In this document: piece after piece, positions 26,767 through 39,235 of the stretch | Layout: the number at the start of each line of letters is the position of its first letter | How positions within the stretch are numbered: the stretch's first letter is position 1 | DNA from: Lama guanicoe | Taxonomy: Eukaryota | DNA length: 64,000 bases | Direction of reading: 5' to 3' | Assembly: GCA_013239625.1 (NCBI GenBank) | Contig: MU054220.1 | Location: forward strand, 2,417,374-2,481,373 | Notes under the pieces: generated by a model | Seen by the model: the letters and a program-made list of their open reading frames with translations, nothing else | Database searches by the model: none | Told to the model about the DNA's origin: nothing | Program-made: the position numbers and the translations under genes

Positions 26767-27004
26767 CAGTATTCCTCAACCGTTATTTCATCATTACCCT
26801 CCTTAGGAGCATTTTTAGATATTTTTCCCCTAACCACCCTCCTCCTATGAAATTTTAACGTCATGGATACGCTGTGTATGTGTTCACATATTGCAGCACT
26901 TCAGAGGAAACTAGCGATTGTACTAAGATTCCGCCCCAACCCCCACCCCTTGAGCCAGTTTTCGTCCCCATGGCGGCAATACTACTTGTGCTGAGAATAC
27001 ATTG
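26767..27004 (-). mobile_element. hAT-Charlie MITE (MER112-like) with perfect 8-bp TSD
   Basis: TSD atctagaa at 26759-26766 and 27005-27012. Imperfect TIRs cagtattcctcaac / gctgagaatacattg. Confidence 0.75.
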
Positions 27005-28470
27005 ATCTAGAAGTATCGTCATCTTGGGAATGAATTGTTGTTTGTACTTTTCTTTACAAATTGAAACTGAGACAAGGAGACTATAGATAAACTAATGTTG
27101 AAAAGAGTCTTCTCAGACAGTGGCCTGCAGCAGCTGGAGGAGAGTGACAAGAGTACTTTTCTCATATTTCATGGCTTGTATGGAGAACATTTTCTCTCTG
27201 AATGATCTCTTGACCGACTGACGAAAGAATAAGGAAACACCAGGAGTAGCAGAGCAATAAATGCAACTCTCTAAAAGGGAAAAAAAAAAAAACAAATGAC
27301 AAGACCCTTTTGCAGTGACATACAGAGGAGGAAGCTGGTGATAGTGAAGAATCTAGGAATAGGATTGTCCGTTGTCCCGAGGCTAGTCAGCTCTAACGAG
27401 TTCAGGTTCTCAAAGTCGGGGTTGGTTTGCAGCAGAGAATGCCGTTTAGGTTGTGTAGCATACAAGAATGTTCTATTCTCCCAAGAGGGTTTGGCTCTGT
27501 CTGATCAGAAGGGTGGTTGTATATGAAATGCACCTCGGAAGGAGGAGGAGGAGGAAATGACATGTTCATGTAAAATGAAATACAACTGCAAATTAAAGTG
27601 TCACCCTGTTTTAAAAAAATCCATTTTTTGTTTAATTGGTTACCAAGGAAAAAAATGTCATACAGAAGTGCATATCTCAGGCAAAGTTAAACCATGAGAT
27701 GGTACAAGGGAATCTGGATTCCAGGGAGTTCTCCTGGGGCAGGGCGGGGCAGGGGGTTATAAAATATTGCCTTAATAAAAATATTCTGATGCAGAAAAGC
27801 TAGGCTCATAAATTTCTGTTGTGTTACATGCCAGGGGTCCAGAAGAGATTAACAGTTATTACCTCATTTTTTCTTTACTGACTGTCTGTATCCAATCAGC
27901 TGAATTCTGGCTGCCTCTCTCCTGGAGGAAGCCTCCCTTTGAGATGTTTTATTAGGAAGAAGGTCATGTACAAAGGAGGATACGCTTTCTCCCAAAGAGC
28001 GCTGCTTGTCACAAAGACATCCGGGGACTAAAATGCTTTTCTGTGTGGCTTTTCTGTGTTAATGGTGTCCTTCCATTTTTCTTTTTTCTTTCTTTCTTCT
28101 TTTCCAACATTTCAATGCAAATTCATCTGTCTCTTTAAATTGTGAGCCTATCAGACAGTATATATACAGTACCTGCCACATTGCTGGCACTAAGTAAATG
28201 TTAAGTAATAATTGGGTGGAGGCTGATTATATTAATATAATATAGTATAGTATATAAGGTTATATTTACATGTAGAATTATTCTTGAGAAACATGTCTGG
28301 TTTCTCTTTGAGGTAGAGACTTGACAAATAGGACTTGTCAGCTGTCTTCAGCCTTAGTTGTGGTTCTTCCTTTCCCTCCTCTCCTACTAATCCCAGTTTT
28401 GTCTCATGTTTGCAATGGACACATGTAGATAAACACTATAACGTGCTCTCTTTGTCCTCTTCCCCACCAG

Positions 28471-28581
28471 GGGCAGTGATTGGTGATGGACAGTCTGCCG
28501 TGGCCAGTAACATTGCCAATACTACCTACCGGCTCCAGTGGTGGGACTTCACTAAGTTTGACCTCCCAGAAATCAGTAATG
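28471..28581 (+). CDS. AMBRA1: AMBRA1 internal coding exon A (111 nt, phase 1-1; approx. human exon 12)
   Basis: Acceptor ctctctttgtcctcttccccaccAG| and donor AATG|GTAAGC. Translates (G)[36 protein letters not shown](A), matching recalled AMBRA1. Splices in frame to exon B. Confidence 0.97.
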
Positions 28582-30531
28582 GTAAGCCAAGGTAGAACTG
28601 GGGGTGCTGATGGAAGGGCTATCTCTTACTGGTGAGCCAGAGCTCAGAAACCCATGTAGCATCAGATTTTTCATCATCTCGTTGGGCAGCTGACTGCCCT
28701 GTGCCATTTCTGCAGCTCTTCTCCAACTCTCATTAAGCAATTCAGCAGACGTGTCTTGAGTATCCCCCTAAGCAGCAAACGGTGCCAGGTGCAGTGCTCG
28801 GAACAGTGCTAACGTGGACACCAAAATGAAGATGTCTGCCCCAGGAGTAGTTCATTGTTCCAAGCCTGAAAGTTTGGGTGGAACTGAGAGGAAGAGAAAG
28901 GAGTGTAGAAAGTGAGAGCCAGACCCTTGCAGAAAGACTACAGTGATGTTAAACTCATTTATTAATCCATATCTGAATGGAATGAGTGAAATGAGTGGCC
29001 CGATTGAGGTGTGATTCACAAACATGTCTGTCTGACAGTCCATTTTCCCAGCTTCTGTGGGGAGTCTGTAATCCCATGTCCCAGTTACTCAGTTGGAATT
29101 GCAATATTTTAGGCATCTCATTTCACTTTCTAATGATGGGCTCTCACGCTTTCCCGGGAAGTGGCAGTTCAGCCTCTGCTTGAACACTTCAGGTGATAGG
29201 TCACATTGTCTGATGAGTTGGCCTAATCCATCACTGCTAAACTCCTATTCAGATATTCTGTCTTATACCCAGCCACCGTTTCCCTTGCTGTCACTTCCTC
29301 TCATTGGTCTTAGTTCTCCTGCCTCTGAATCTCCATTGAGTATGTCTAATGATGCCTCTTCTAAGTGACAGATTTTTCTCAGGTCACTATTGAGGTTACA
29401 GTGCCTTAAAAATCCTTGATAATTGTTAATAAACCAAGACTCTACTACCATCCTGTACTTACTTGTGCAGTTTGAATGTTTTAAAAACCGCCAAAGGTTT
29501 GTATTTGTTTCTGTTAAGTTTTACCTTAATAGTGTCAATTGCACTTCTTACTTCCTGCCTCTCAACATCTTTTTGAACTTTGATTCAGTCCTTTTTTCTC
29601 AATCTTATACCATCTACTAATTTGATAAACATACTTTCTTTGTCCTGCTTTGGATTGCTAGCAAAGTTGGTGCATCGGTCAGGACATTGCACCAAGCCTT
29701 GAGGTACGTTCCTGTGGACTTCTCTGTGTTGATTTTGGTTCCTGAATTTGCACCTAGGCTTGGTTGTTCACATGTGAAGCCCATATTTTTCTGTCTTGTC
29801 TACAGGGTATTATAACAGTTTGTCAGATACCTTAAAATAATCAAGATAGTCTCTGTGGCATTTCCCAGTATGCCAATCTTAACACCCTTATCAGACCATG
29901 AAAATGAGGTTGAATTTTTTATGTCCTGCTCTTAGTGAAACCTCAGAAGTAATAATTTATTTCTAAGTGCTTTTAAGCCATATGTTCAATAATTTTTTCT
30001 TTAACTCTGCTAGAAATCAAATGCAGTCTACCTTTTCCCTTGTTAAATACCAAGTTTTCTTGTTTATCTCTAGATTTTTGGCCCAGATCTTGCTTGCTAT
30101 AATTTTTTCCAGTTATTTTGTTTTTTTAAAAATTTTATTTGCTTTTTAAAATTATAATCTGAAATACATTCACCATTCAAAGATTTTTAAAATATATAAG
30201 GATATTCAGTGAAAAGTTTCCCAACCTTCCCAGGTACCCACCATGCCACCCATAGACAATTAGCAGTTTCTTGTATATCGTTTCAGGAATATTGTATGCA
30301 TATAAAAGCACATGTAAATGTGTTTTTCCACCTCTGTTTAACCCAAATGTTAGGATGTTATACATATTCTTCTTTCTGCCCTTTACTTTCTTTACTGTAT
30401 AATGTATCTTGGTGATCTTTCCATCTCAGTATGTAAAGAGTTTACTCATTTTTAATGGCTGCCTAGTATTCCACTGTCCAAATGGAATCTCTAGATTCCA
30501 TTTTTTAACTAGTTCTATTGAGGGACTTTTT

Positions 30532-30659
30532 CTTTTTAAACCATTTTTTAAATAATTGAAGTGTGGTTAATTTACAATGTTGTGCTAGTTTCAGGTATAC
30601 AACAAAATAATTCAGTTTTATACACATACTTTTTCAGATTCTTTCCCATTATAGGTTGC
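30532..30659 (-). mobile_element. Very short L1 3'-end insertion of the same younger family
   Basis: aattgaagtgtggttaatttacaatgttgtgctagtttcaggtatac...ttcccattataggtt. Degenerate TSD tgagggacttttt / tgaggaattttta. Confidence 0.7.
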
Positions 30660-32336
30660 TGAGGAATTTTTAGGTTGTTTTCAGTATTTTGCTGACAAAC
30701 TGTGCTGCAGTTTGTCATTTGGCACATGTGCAAGTATATCTATAGGATAAATTCCTAGAAATGGAATTGTAGGGAGAAAGAAAATGTACGTTCATGATTT
30801 TGGTAGAGGTTATACCAATTTATACTCTTGCCTATGGTTTATGAAAATGTGTGTTTCCCTAAACTCTTGCTTATGGTATCATATTTTGGGGTATTTGCAA
30901 ATCTGATGGTGGAAAATAGTATGTAAGTATTTTAAATTTGTATTTCTCATATTGTAAACCAGGTTGTATGGCTCTTCTTACATTTAGCTATGTGTGTTGC
31001 CTTTTCCTGACCTGTCCATGTGCTTTACCTAATTTTTTACTGGTCTTTTCCTTATTAGTTCTACAAGAACTCTTTATAAATCAGAAAATGAACTTATAAT
31101 AGGAGTTTCCTGGTTGTCATTTGTCTTTTGACTTTGCTGAAGGTTATTTTTGTCATAGAACTTATTTTAAGTAGTCAGAATTATCCAGCTTTCCTTTTAT
31201 GGTTCCTAAATTTTGTGTCATCGTCAGGAAGATCAGTTAGTACTTTCATATTTTCATTTTTCTACCTTTAAATCTTTGATTCACCAGAAATTTAGCCTAA
31301 TCCCAAATAAGCAGCGTATGCTCCACCTTTTCCCCCATGTGGCTATTCATTTGTCCCAACCAGTTTATTAAGTGATTCATTTGTCCCCATTGATTTGGGA
31401 TGTCACTTTTATCCTCTTAATTTCCTGTGTGTATTTAGGTGTATTTTTTTCTGTCTATTCTGTCCCTGAGATTATTCATGTGTCAATACCACATGGGTTT
31501 AAGTTTGAGGCTCTGCGTTCTAGAATCTGGTAGGACTAGTCGCCTCTTGTGTTTGTTTTTGCTTTAATCCAAAATTTCTTGCTCACTTGAACATTTTGTG
31601 TTTCCGTATGGACTTTAAAACTACCTTGCCTCTTCCCTTCTCCTCCCTGAAAAAAAATCCTGTTAGTGTAATGAATGTGATCGCATTGAATATAACTCAA
31701 GTAGACTCAATATTTTTATATCTGTTTATGTAATGACATGGTATGATTTTCAGTTTCTCCAAGTCTCTCGTGTTCTTAGGAATGTTTTAGAGTTTTCTTC
31801 TTGTAATCTTATACACTTTTAAAGTTTTTTGTTATAAGCTTTTTAAAAATTCTACGATCTTACTGAATTTATTTACTAATTATAGTCGATAGCTAAATCT
31901 CATAGGTTCTAGGTATGTTATCTATAAATAGTAATAATTTTATTTCCTCCATTCTGAGTTTTACACCTGTGGTTTCTTTTTCTTGTTTAAATGCAATGGC
32001 TGCTACCATCAGAACAATGTTAAATAATAATGGGCATCCTCATATTGTTCCAGACTTCAGTAGGAAAACTCCTAGCTTTTTCCCATTAAGTGTATTGTTG
32101 ACTTTTGGGTTGAACTAGTTTATCGTTTTAAGGAAGTTATCTATTCCTATTGTGAGTTTTTTATCAAGAATGCATCTTGAACTGAGTCAGGCCTTATCGG
32201 CACACATGAAGATGATCATATGTTTTTTCTCTCCTCTGAGCTAATAATATGATCATTATGTTGATAGATTCTGTAATATTGACACCCATCCTTACATTCC
32301 TTGAATAAATCCCACCTGGTTCATGATGTATTCTTT

Positions 32337-32782
32337 TTTTTTTTAATTGACATATAGTCAATTTACAATGTTGTGTTAGTTTCTGGTGTACAGCATAGGG
32401 ATTCAGTTTGTGTGTGCATGTGTGTGTATGTGTGTGTGTGTGTATGTGTGTATGTGTGTGTGTATTCCTTTTCCTATTCCTTCTCATTATAGGCTATTGC
32501 AAGATATTAAATATAGTTCCCAGTAAGAAGGACCTTGTGGAGTTTATCTATTTTATGTGTAGTAGTTAGTATCTGCACATCCTGAACTCCCATTTTATCC
32601 TTCCCTAACCCCTGTTCCCTCTGGTAACCATAAGTTTATTTTCTATGTCTGTTAGTCTGTTTCTGTTTTATAAATAATTTCTTTTGTTTTGTAGATTCCA
32701 CATGTAAGTGATATCATATGCCATTTTTCTTTCTCTTTCTGATTTACTTCACTTGGTATGATAATCTCTAGGTCAATCCATG
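32337..32782 (-). mobile_element. Younger artiodactyl-type L1 3' end with internal (TG)n and TSD
   Basis: T-tract, then aattgacatatagtcaatttacaatgttgtgttagtttctggtgtacagc...tagattccacatgtaagtgatatcata. TSD catgatgtattcttt (32322-32336) / catggtatattcttt (32783-32797). Confidence 0.82.
32408..32463. repeat. Imperfect (TG)n microsatellite
   Basis: tgtgtgtgcatgtgtgtgtatgtgtgtgtgtgtgtatgtgtgtatgtgtgtgtgt, directly visible. Confidence 0.95.
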
Positions 32783-32959
32783 CATGGTATATTCTTTAGC
32801 ATTAAATTCTTTCCATATAACTTGCTAATAATTGATTTTTTTCCTTGATATTTGTGAGATAGATCTGTTTTTTACTTTTTTTATGAAATCTATGAGTTTT
32901 GGTATCAGTGTTATGCTTGTGTTACAAATATAATTTGCAGGTTTTTTTCTTCTTTTTCT

Positions 32960-33125
32960 TTGTCTTGATTACTTCATTTCTCTATATCTTAGTTTCCTTG
33001 ACTTAGTTATAGTAGTGTCAACCTCATAGGGTTGTTATGAGAATTAAATTAGTTAATACATTTCAACCACTCTGAATAGTACCTGGCACTACTATAGTAA
33101 ATGATCAATAAGTGCTCTTTTTATT
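32960..33125 (+). mobile_element. MIR SINE fragment
   Basis: acctcatagggttgttatgagaattaaattagttaataca...gaatagtacctggcac. Confidence 0.7.
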
Positions 33126-34943
33126 AGGTCTTTTTCTTAGAAACTATACCATGATTCTTTAAGAGTATGGCCATAATTGTAAAGTCACAGCTGCCCCTGT
33201 TTCCAGTACTCTGAGAGATGCATTTTCCATCTCTGGAGAGTGATGTTCATGTAAAGAAGACAGTTCTCTCTTAACCTGTTGCCTCACCTGTATTCGGCTT
33301 CTAATCCTTCTGATGTTGTTTGTCCCCAATTGGAGATAATTTTCTTTGATAGGAAAACAAATTGTTCAGAAGAATACAGGCATTGGATATGCTGCTAGCA
33401 TAGCAGAGACAGTCTTTTTGGTTGTCCTTAACATTCTTTGTACAAGCCTCAGCTTGCTCTGTCTACAACTTCCTGTCGTCTACAACTTCCTGTCATTCTC
33501 CATGTTCCTTCTTACATCCTTTGATCATGGCTCTTGTAAAACTTGAGCTGATCAGAGAGTGTCACGTGCAACCAGATTGACTCATTTAATTCGGCTCACC
33601 TTTCTCCCTCACTCAAATCCTGTGTGGTGTTAGAATTCTGCTTTTTAAAATTGCCCTGTTTTTCATAGTGTTTTGGCCTTGGGAAAACCCTGTTTTCTAG
33701 TTCAGAGCACATATATCTGATGATGGCCAGTGTTCTTCCCATGGTTCTTCCCTCTAGAATGACAGTCACTTTTACCTGAGCTTCCTGTCATTGGCTCTAA
33801 CTATTCCTGGTTTTTCTGAATAGAGTCTAGTTAACAGTTTTGATAGATTAAGCTGTTTGCAGAGTTAAGTTGGGAGTCTGTTTTGTAGTAGGATTCGTTT
33901 CTGAACCTTATGTACTTCCCAGTGGAGGGTAGCGTTTGGCTTTGGCACAGCCCATGCCCGGAAACCACTGGTCCTAAGTTTTACTCATGTGTTCAGCAGC
34001 TACCACGTTGCTGATCATCTGACTTATCTGAGTTGGATTTAACCCTTCTCTGGAATTAGGCTAAAGATTCTGCCACCTGTTTCTCTCCACTGAGATGCAC
34101 TGAGATTACTGTCTGTAAAGAGTTAAGACATTTGTGAATAAGGCCTTATATACGTAGATAATTTTGAAACCACTTTCATGAAAGAAAAAAAAAGTAGCTC
34201 ATTAGATTCACTGTGGTTTTAAGAGTAAATTCTTATTGGGTGAATAGCACTGGTCACCAGGGTGCCCTGCCAAAAGGGACCTTAAGAAACTCAGCAGCTG
34301 AGCGGTGTGGGGCAGACCCACCACAGAGGATATAGTGAGTGAGTGGTGCCACTGGGGAGTACTTACTTAGTGAGCTCTGTGCAGGAGATCTTATTCTGAA
34401 ATCTGAGGGCTCAGAGATAGCCAAAAGGAAATTTTCTTGCTGATTTAAACCCCTTTGGGTTTTCCCAATCAGTATCTAATGCATTTGCAAAAGCACTGCA
34501 ACTGCTAATTGCTCCCATGGCCTCATCTGGCCAGCCAGCAACAGGCTACAAATCGATCTTTGTACAAGGTGTTTGTTTATAATTTATGAAGCTGATAGGA
34601 AGGCAGAGCCATCTGCTCCTCCAGGCATCTGTATGTTTTACCCCTCCCATTCCCTGCTAGGGCATTTTCACTTGGAAATCATTTATAATTAGGAGGAGAT
34701 TACATTGCAGAGTCTGGAACATGGCTTCCTGCTGTCTTCTGCATCGTTTTTGCTCCCCCTGGAGCTGCCCCCTGAAGCTCTTAAGCAGTTTTGATTTGAA
34801 AAATCCTTTCTTTCCTAGCCTTTATTTCCATTCTCAGCTGCCCAGCTAACTGCTCCATCATCATTCCCCGTATGTGTTTTGCCTTTAAGTGCAGGGCATT
34901 TTGCTGGCACTCCAGCTCAGGGATCAAGAACTGTTTGGTAAGG

Positions 34944-35091
34944 CAGCACTTTTCAACTGTGGTCCTAGACCAGCAGCATCAGTGACACCCGGGAACTTGT
35001 TAGACATGCAAATTCTCAGGCCTCACTCCAGCATTCTGTGTTTTAAGCCCTCTAGGTGATTCTGATGCGTGCTCACGCTTGAGAACCACTG
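34944..35091 (+). mobile_element. MER5A-like hAT MITE (internally deleted)
   Basis: cagcagcatcag...ggaacttgttagacatgcaaattctcaggcc...ggtgattctgatgc...ttgagaaccactg. 8-bp TSD tggtaagg / cagtaagg, both derivable from cggtaagg by CpG decay. Confidence 0.85.
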
Positions 35092-38040
35092 CAGTAAGGC
35101 GAGGCAGGGAGCAGAACAAAGATTTCTAGTGGTGTGTGGGTTGCCAGTGTCTTAGGCTGTATTTCACTTTGCCTTTTTCTCTACCTGCTTATGTTATTGT
35201 TGAGTCCAGAAAGGATGAACTGTCTTTGTCATTAGGGCATTACTTTCCTATGGCCTCAGAAATCGAGTAGCAGAGATCCAGGAAATCTCTCCCTGTGTAA
35301 ATTAACTCACCAAGATTTCAGCCTTATGAGAAGAAGCTGCACGAGCAAATTGAAGCAGCGAACACTCACTGTTGTAGCCGAGCATTTCCATTTCCATGTG
35401 GGAAATTAATAGACAACAAGCAGCAAATGTAAGTTGCTAATTGGAGCTTTGAAATATTAATGAAACTGTAAACATACCACCCAGTGCTCGCTGAAGCTAC
35501 CAGATCACTCTGTAGTTTCCCTACCACATCCCCTTCATTAGGGTAGAAGTGAAACCCTAGATCCCTAGCTAGTACAGGTGGTGAAATGGCACATGCTGCT
35601 GGAGAAGCTCTGCTTTAATTTTCACAATTCTCTTTTCATTTGTTATTTGCACCTCTCTCTCTCAGCTCACTGCAGGAACTGGGAGTAGTTGTGAAACTGT
35701 GTGGAGTTGAGGGGAGGGGACAAAATTTGGGAGATGGCCATTGACTTGGAATCATCATAATATAGTACAAACACAAATGCAGTGGCTTGGATTTGAGGCT
35801 GACAAATATGCCCAGTTTTTCAAGGGCTTAGAGCCGAGCTTCCCAGAAGAAGGAAGACCTTCCTTGTAATTTACTCCCCACCCTCAACCCCTGTAGAGAT
35901 TAATCTGGCAGTAGGTAGTTCAGTGCTTTTTAAGTTGGTGGTGAGTTTTGAGGGTCATTGTAGGCTTCTGTATGTCTGACTGAATTGCGTGTTCACATAC
36001 ATGAGCTAGATCTCTGTAACAGCAAGAGAGAAAAGCCTACTTTCATAAAATACTCACCAGGCATTTTTGAGATACTAAATGTAAATAAAATGGTAAGCAT
36101 GCAAAGCTATCTTAAAGCCCACAAAGTCCCATCTCCTTCCCTGTTTATTTTCATGTCCTACTTAGTATTTGTGATTTTTTTACTTTCTCTCTCCACCTTT
36201 GATGGTTACAGTCTAAATTGGCAGTTTCTTTTTATCTTTCTGAGAATTGTGCCAACATCAAGGTTATAAAACCAAGATGGACTCACTCCTAAAGCTCCCC
36301 TCGTTGCTCTGGTTCTGTACCCTCAACTGTAATCATGTGTCAGTCCTGGGAAGGAGGAGGAGACTGTCATCTTTTTAGCAACAGGCTTGGGACCCGGAGT
36401 AAGGAGCAGATGGTCTTGGTGCTAACTAGATAAATCTAGCCATACAGGCTCGAGCAGATGGTGGGTTGGAAGTTGAGCAGTACAGAGCCCTAATGGTGAT
36501 AGCAATGAGTATTTGGATGTCATTATTTTATTAGTTAGCAAACAGAACCATCCTTGTGGTCCCTCCACGGTTTAATGTGTAATGGTGCTGTAGGTGTCAG
36601 CCCCCGAGGGTTGGCACAATAGCCTAATCAATGTGTTCTGCTGTCTTTTTTGATCTACTCTGTCATCTCTGTGGCTTCATTAACAGCACACAGGGAAAGG
36701 AGGATGCATATAAAGTTATAGAAATCACTCTGAGTCCCTGATCCCATAAGCCTCAAGGCCCCCCCAGAAAGCAGTTCTTTGTTTTGTTTTCCTTAAGGCA
36801 ATTTCCTGGAAAAACTTGCCTTTGACCTTCCCAGTCAGGCCTTTAGGCTTCCTAGAGTAGATCACCTGGAATCTGGTGAAGGCAGTTGAGTTGCCTTGTT
36901 TGTTTGTTTTAACCATAATGCTTCTGACAGTGGACATCTAAAGTCATCTCCTTCAAATGAGAGAAAGTAAATTAGTCTCTTTGCATGTGCATATGAAATA
37001 GATCTAAATGAGTCAGAGCCCAGAGGAGCTTGGTCCCTTTGGATGTTGTGCTGTTCTGCTCATGCCCATGATGTGGGCACTCTGGTTCCAGGCTCCCGTC
37101 AAGGGTAGGCCACTTCCTTCTGGCAGGGATTCGCAGAATGGGCCTCGAAGAGGGATTCAAGTGAAAACCAAAACAAAGCATGCAGGCACAGTCCCAGAGC
37201 TGGCTAACATCTCATTAGTCCTGTCATGTGGAACAGATTCTCCCCACGACAGACATTCCCCCACCCCACCCCCAACTCCCTCGTGCTGATCCTGCCTGCT
37301 GCCTGGCTGACCCTGTGCTTAACTCTCAGTAACTGCTAAGTGCAGGCTGGGGCTGCACATGGTCATTGGCTTATTGTAGGGATGAGGCATAGAGCACAGT
37401 GAGAAATGAAAATAGTTCCTGCCATCCAGCCAGGGCTGGGCTTTGTTTCTCCTCATCCTCTCTTGTGGAATTAGGGATTGGTGTTAGCAGAGAGCTGTCC
37501 AGAAGATTGAAGTCTCTAATTGTTCCAGTTCTCTTAACTGAGAAAATAAGATTTCACACAAATCTGTGAAATAGTTTCCTTCTCCAAGGTCACCTAGCAA
37601 GTGGAGAGTAGGATTCTCACCCCCAAGGAAGTCTTACCTGTATCACCCTTTCCTCGGAATCAGTGTGTTTGCATTTTCATTCATCTCAGTTTTGATCTTT
37701 TGGACAATACCTGCTATTGAGTGGCTCTCCAGGAACAATTCCGAATAACTTGTTCCTTCTCTCATCTCTCAAGCGACATTTCCTAAGTGTGCACTGAGAC
37801 TCAGCAGGTGGTTGTAGTTGTGTTGACTATCTGTAGTTTCCTGTTAAAGTGGTAGAAGAGACATATTTTTCTGTGTTTTGTGTTGCTTGTTGAATGACAC
37901 GTTAGTTTTGTAAGGCAGCCTTTAGCATTTCTAGGGAAGGTTCAGGCCCTTAGGAAGACTGTCCCAGATTTCTTGACCCAGAATTTTTCATACCATCAAC
38001 TTCAGGCTCTTACCCATATTTCTTTCTTTGTCTGATGCAG

Positions 38041-38229
38041 CCTCTGTGAATGTGCTGGTGCAGAACTGCAAGATCTACAATGATGCCAGCTGTGACATTT
38101 CTGCAGACGGCCAGCTCCTGGCAGCTTTCATCCCGAGCAGCCAAAGGGGCTTTCCTGATGAAGGCATCCTGGCAGTGTACTCTCTGGCCCCCCATAACCT
38201 GGGCGAAATGCTCTACACCAAGCGATTTG
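38041..38229 (+). CDS. AMBRA1: AMBRA1 internal coding exon B (189 nt, phase 1-1); WD40 blade region
   Basis: Acceptor tttctttctttgtctgatgcAG| and donor TTTG|GTAAGG. Translates (A)[62 protein letters not shown](G), within ORF 38028..38294. Confidence 0.97.
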
Positions 38230-39080
38230 GTAAGGGACAAGAAGCCCAACCTAGTGACAGAGGGACACTAGTACCTTGGTATGGGCATTCCTAGGTGAGG
38301 CATGGCTTAGGCAGGAGTAATGGTCGCATTCTGCCCCTGCTTCACTGGGGCACAGATCAGAGGAAGGCAGATCACTCTGTCCTGGCTGGTGGCACTGCAG
38401 AAGAATTTCAAAAGAATAGGCCTCCCTACGACAGTGGCATCGCCGGCATACTCCTTTTGTGATGGGCAGGAGTAAGGGAGGAGCTTTGTTCTTGTCATGT
38501 CTTGGGGAAGTGGGCACACTCATACACTGCAAAGCAGTTTGGCATTGTGTATTAAAAGCCCCCAGAATGTATGTTCTCTTGATCTAGTAATTTCACTTCC
38601 AAGGAAATAATCAGAAAACTATACAAGAGTTATATACAGGGATGTTCACAATAGTGTTATCTAGCATAGAGAAAAATGTCCAATTGTAAAGAGTTGCTTT
38701 AATAAAAGATGGTGCATTGATAGGACAGGATACCATTTGGCCTTTAAAATGTTCTTACAGAAGAATATTTAATGATGGGAAAACATTCATAATGTATGAA
38801 GTGAAAAAAGTAGATTATAAAATAGTACTTACAGTATGATAATTTTTAACGTAATTCTATGATAACACTGGTTAGCATTTTTAAGTACTTTCTATATGTC
38901 AGACACTGTACTCAATACTTTACATGCCTTCTCATCGTATTCCTCCATAAATCCTATGAGAGAACCCCAGGATGACAAAAGATGAAGATTGGAGAAAAAG
39001 AGAAAAGACTACGAGGGAAAGTTATTTCCTTGTAATAGCAAGAACTCCTGGAAATGTCTCTCTGTTCTTTTGGCCCTCAG

Positions 39081-39235
39081 GTCCCAATGCCATTTCGGTG
39101 AGTCTGTCCCCGATGGGTCGGTATGTAATGGTGGGCTTGGCCTCACGAAGGATCCTGCTGCACCCATCCACAGAGCACATGGTGGCCCAGGTCTTCAGGC
39201 TGCAACAGGCCCATGGTGGCGAGACCTCCATGAGG
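39081..39235 (+). CDS. AMBRA1: AMBRA1 internal coding exon C (155 nt, phase 1-0); WD40 blade region
   Basis: Acceptor tctgttcttttggccctcAG| and donor AGG|GTGAGT. Translates (G)[51 protein letters not shown]. Confidence 0.97.

Larger units (their letters stand above)
30130..32950 (-). mobile_element. Highly decayed old L1 (L1ME-like) carrying two younger L1 3'-end insertions
   Basis: Antisense L1 motifs (ggataaattcctagaaatggaattg; acaatgttaaataataatgggcatcctcatattgttcc; taaatcccacctggttcatg). Boundaries approximate. Confidence 0.7.
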
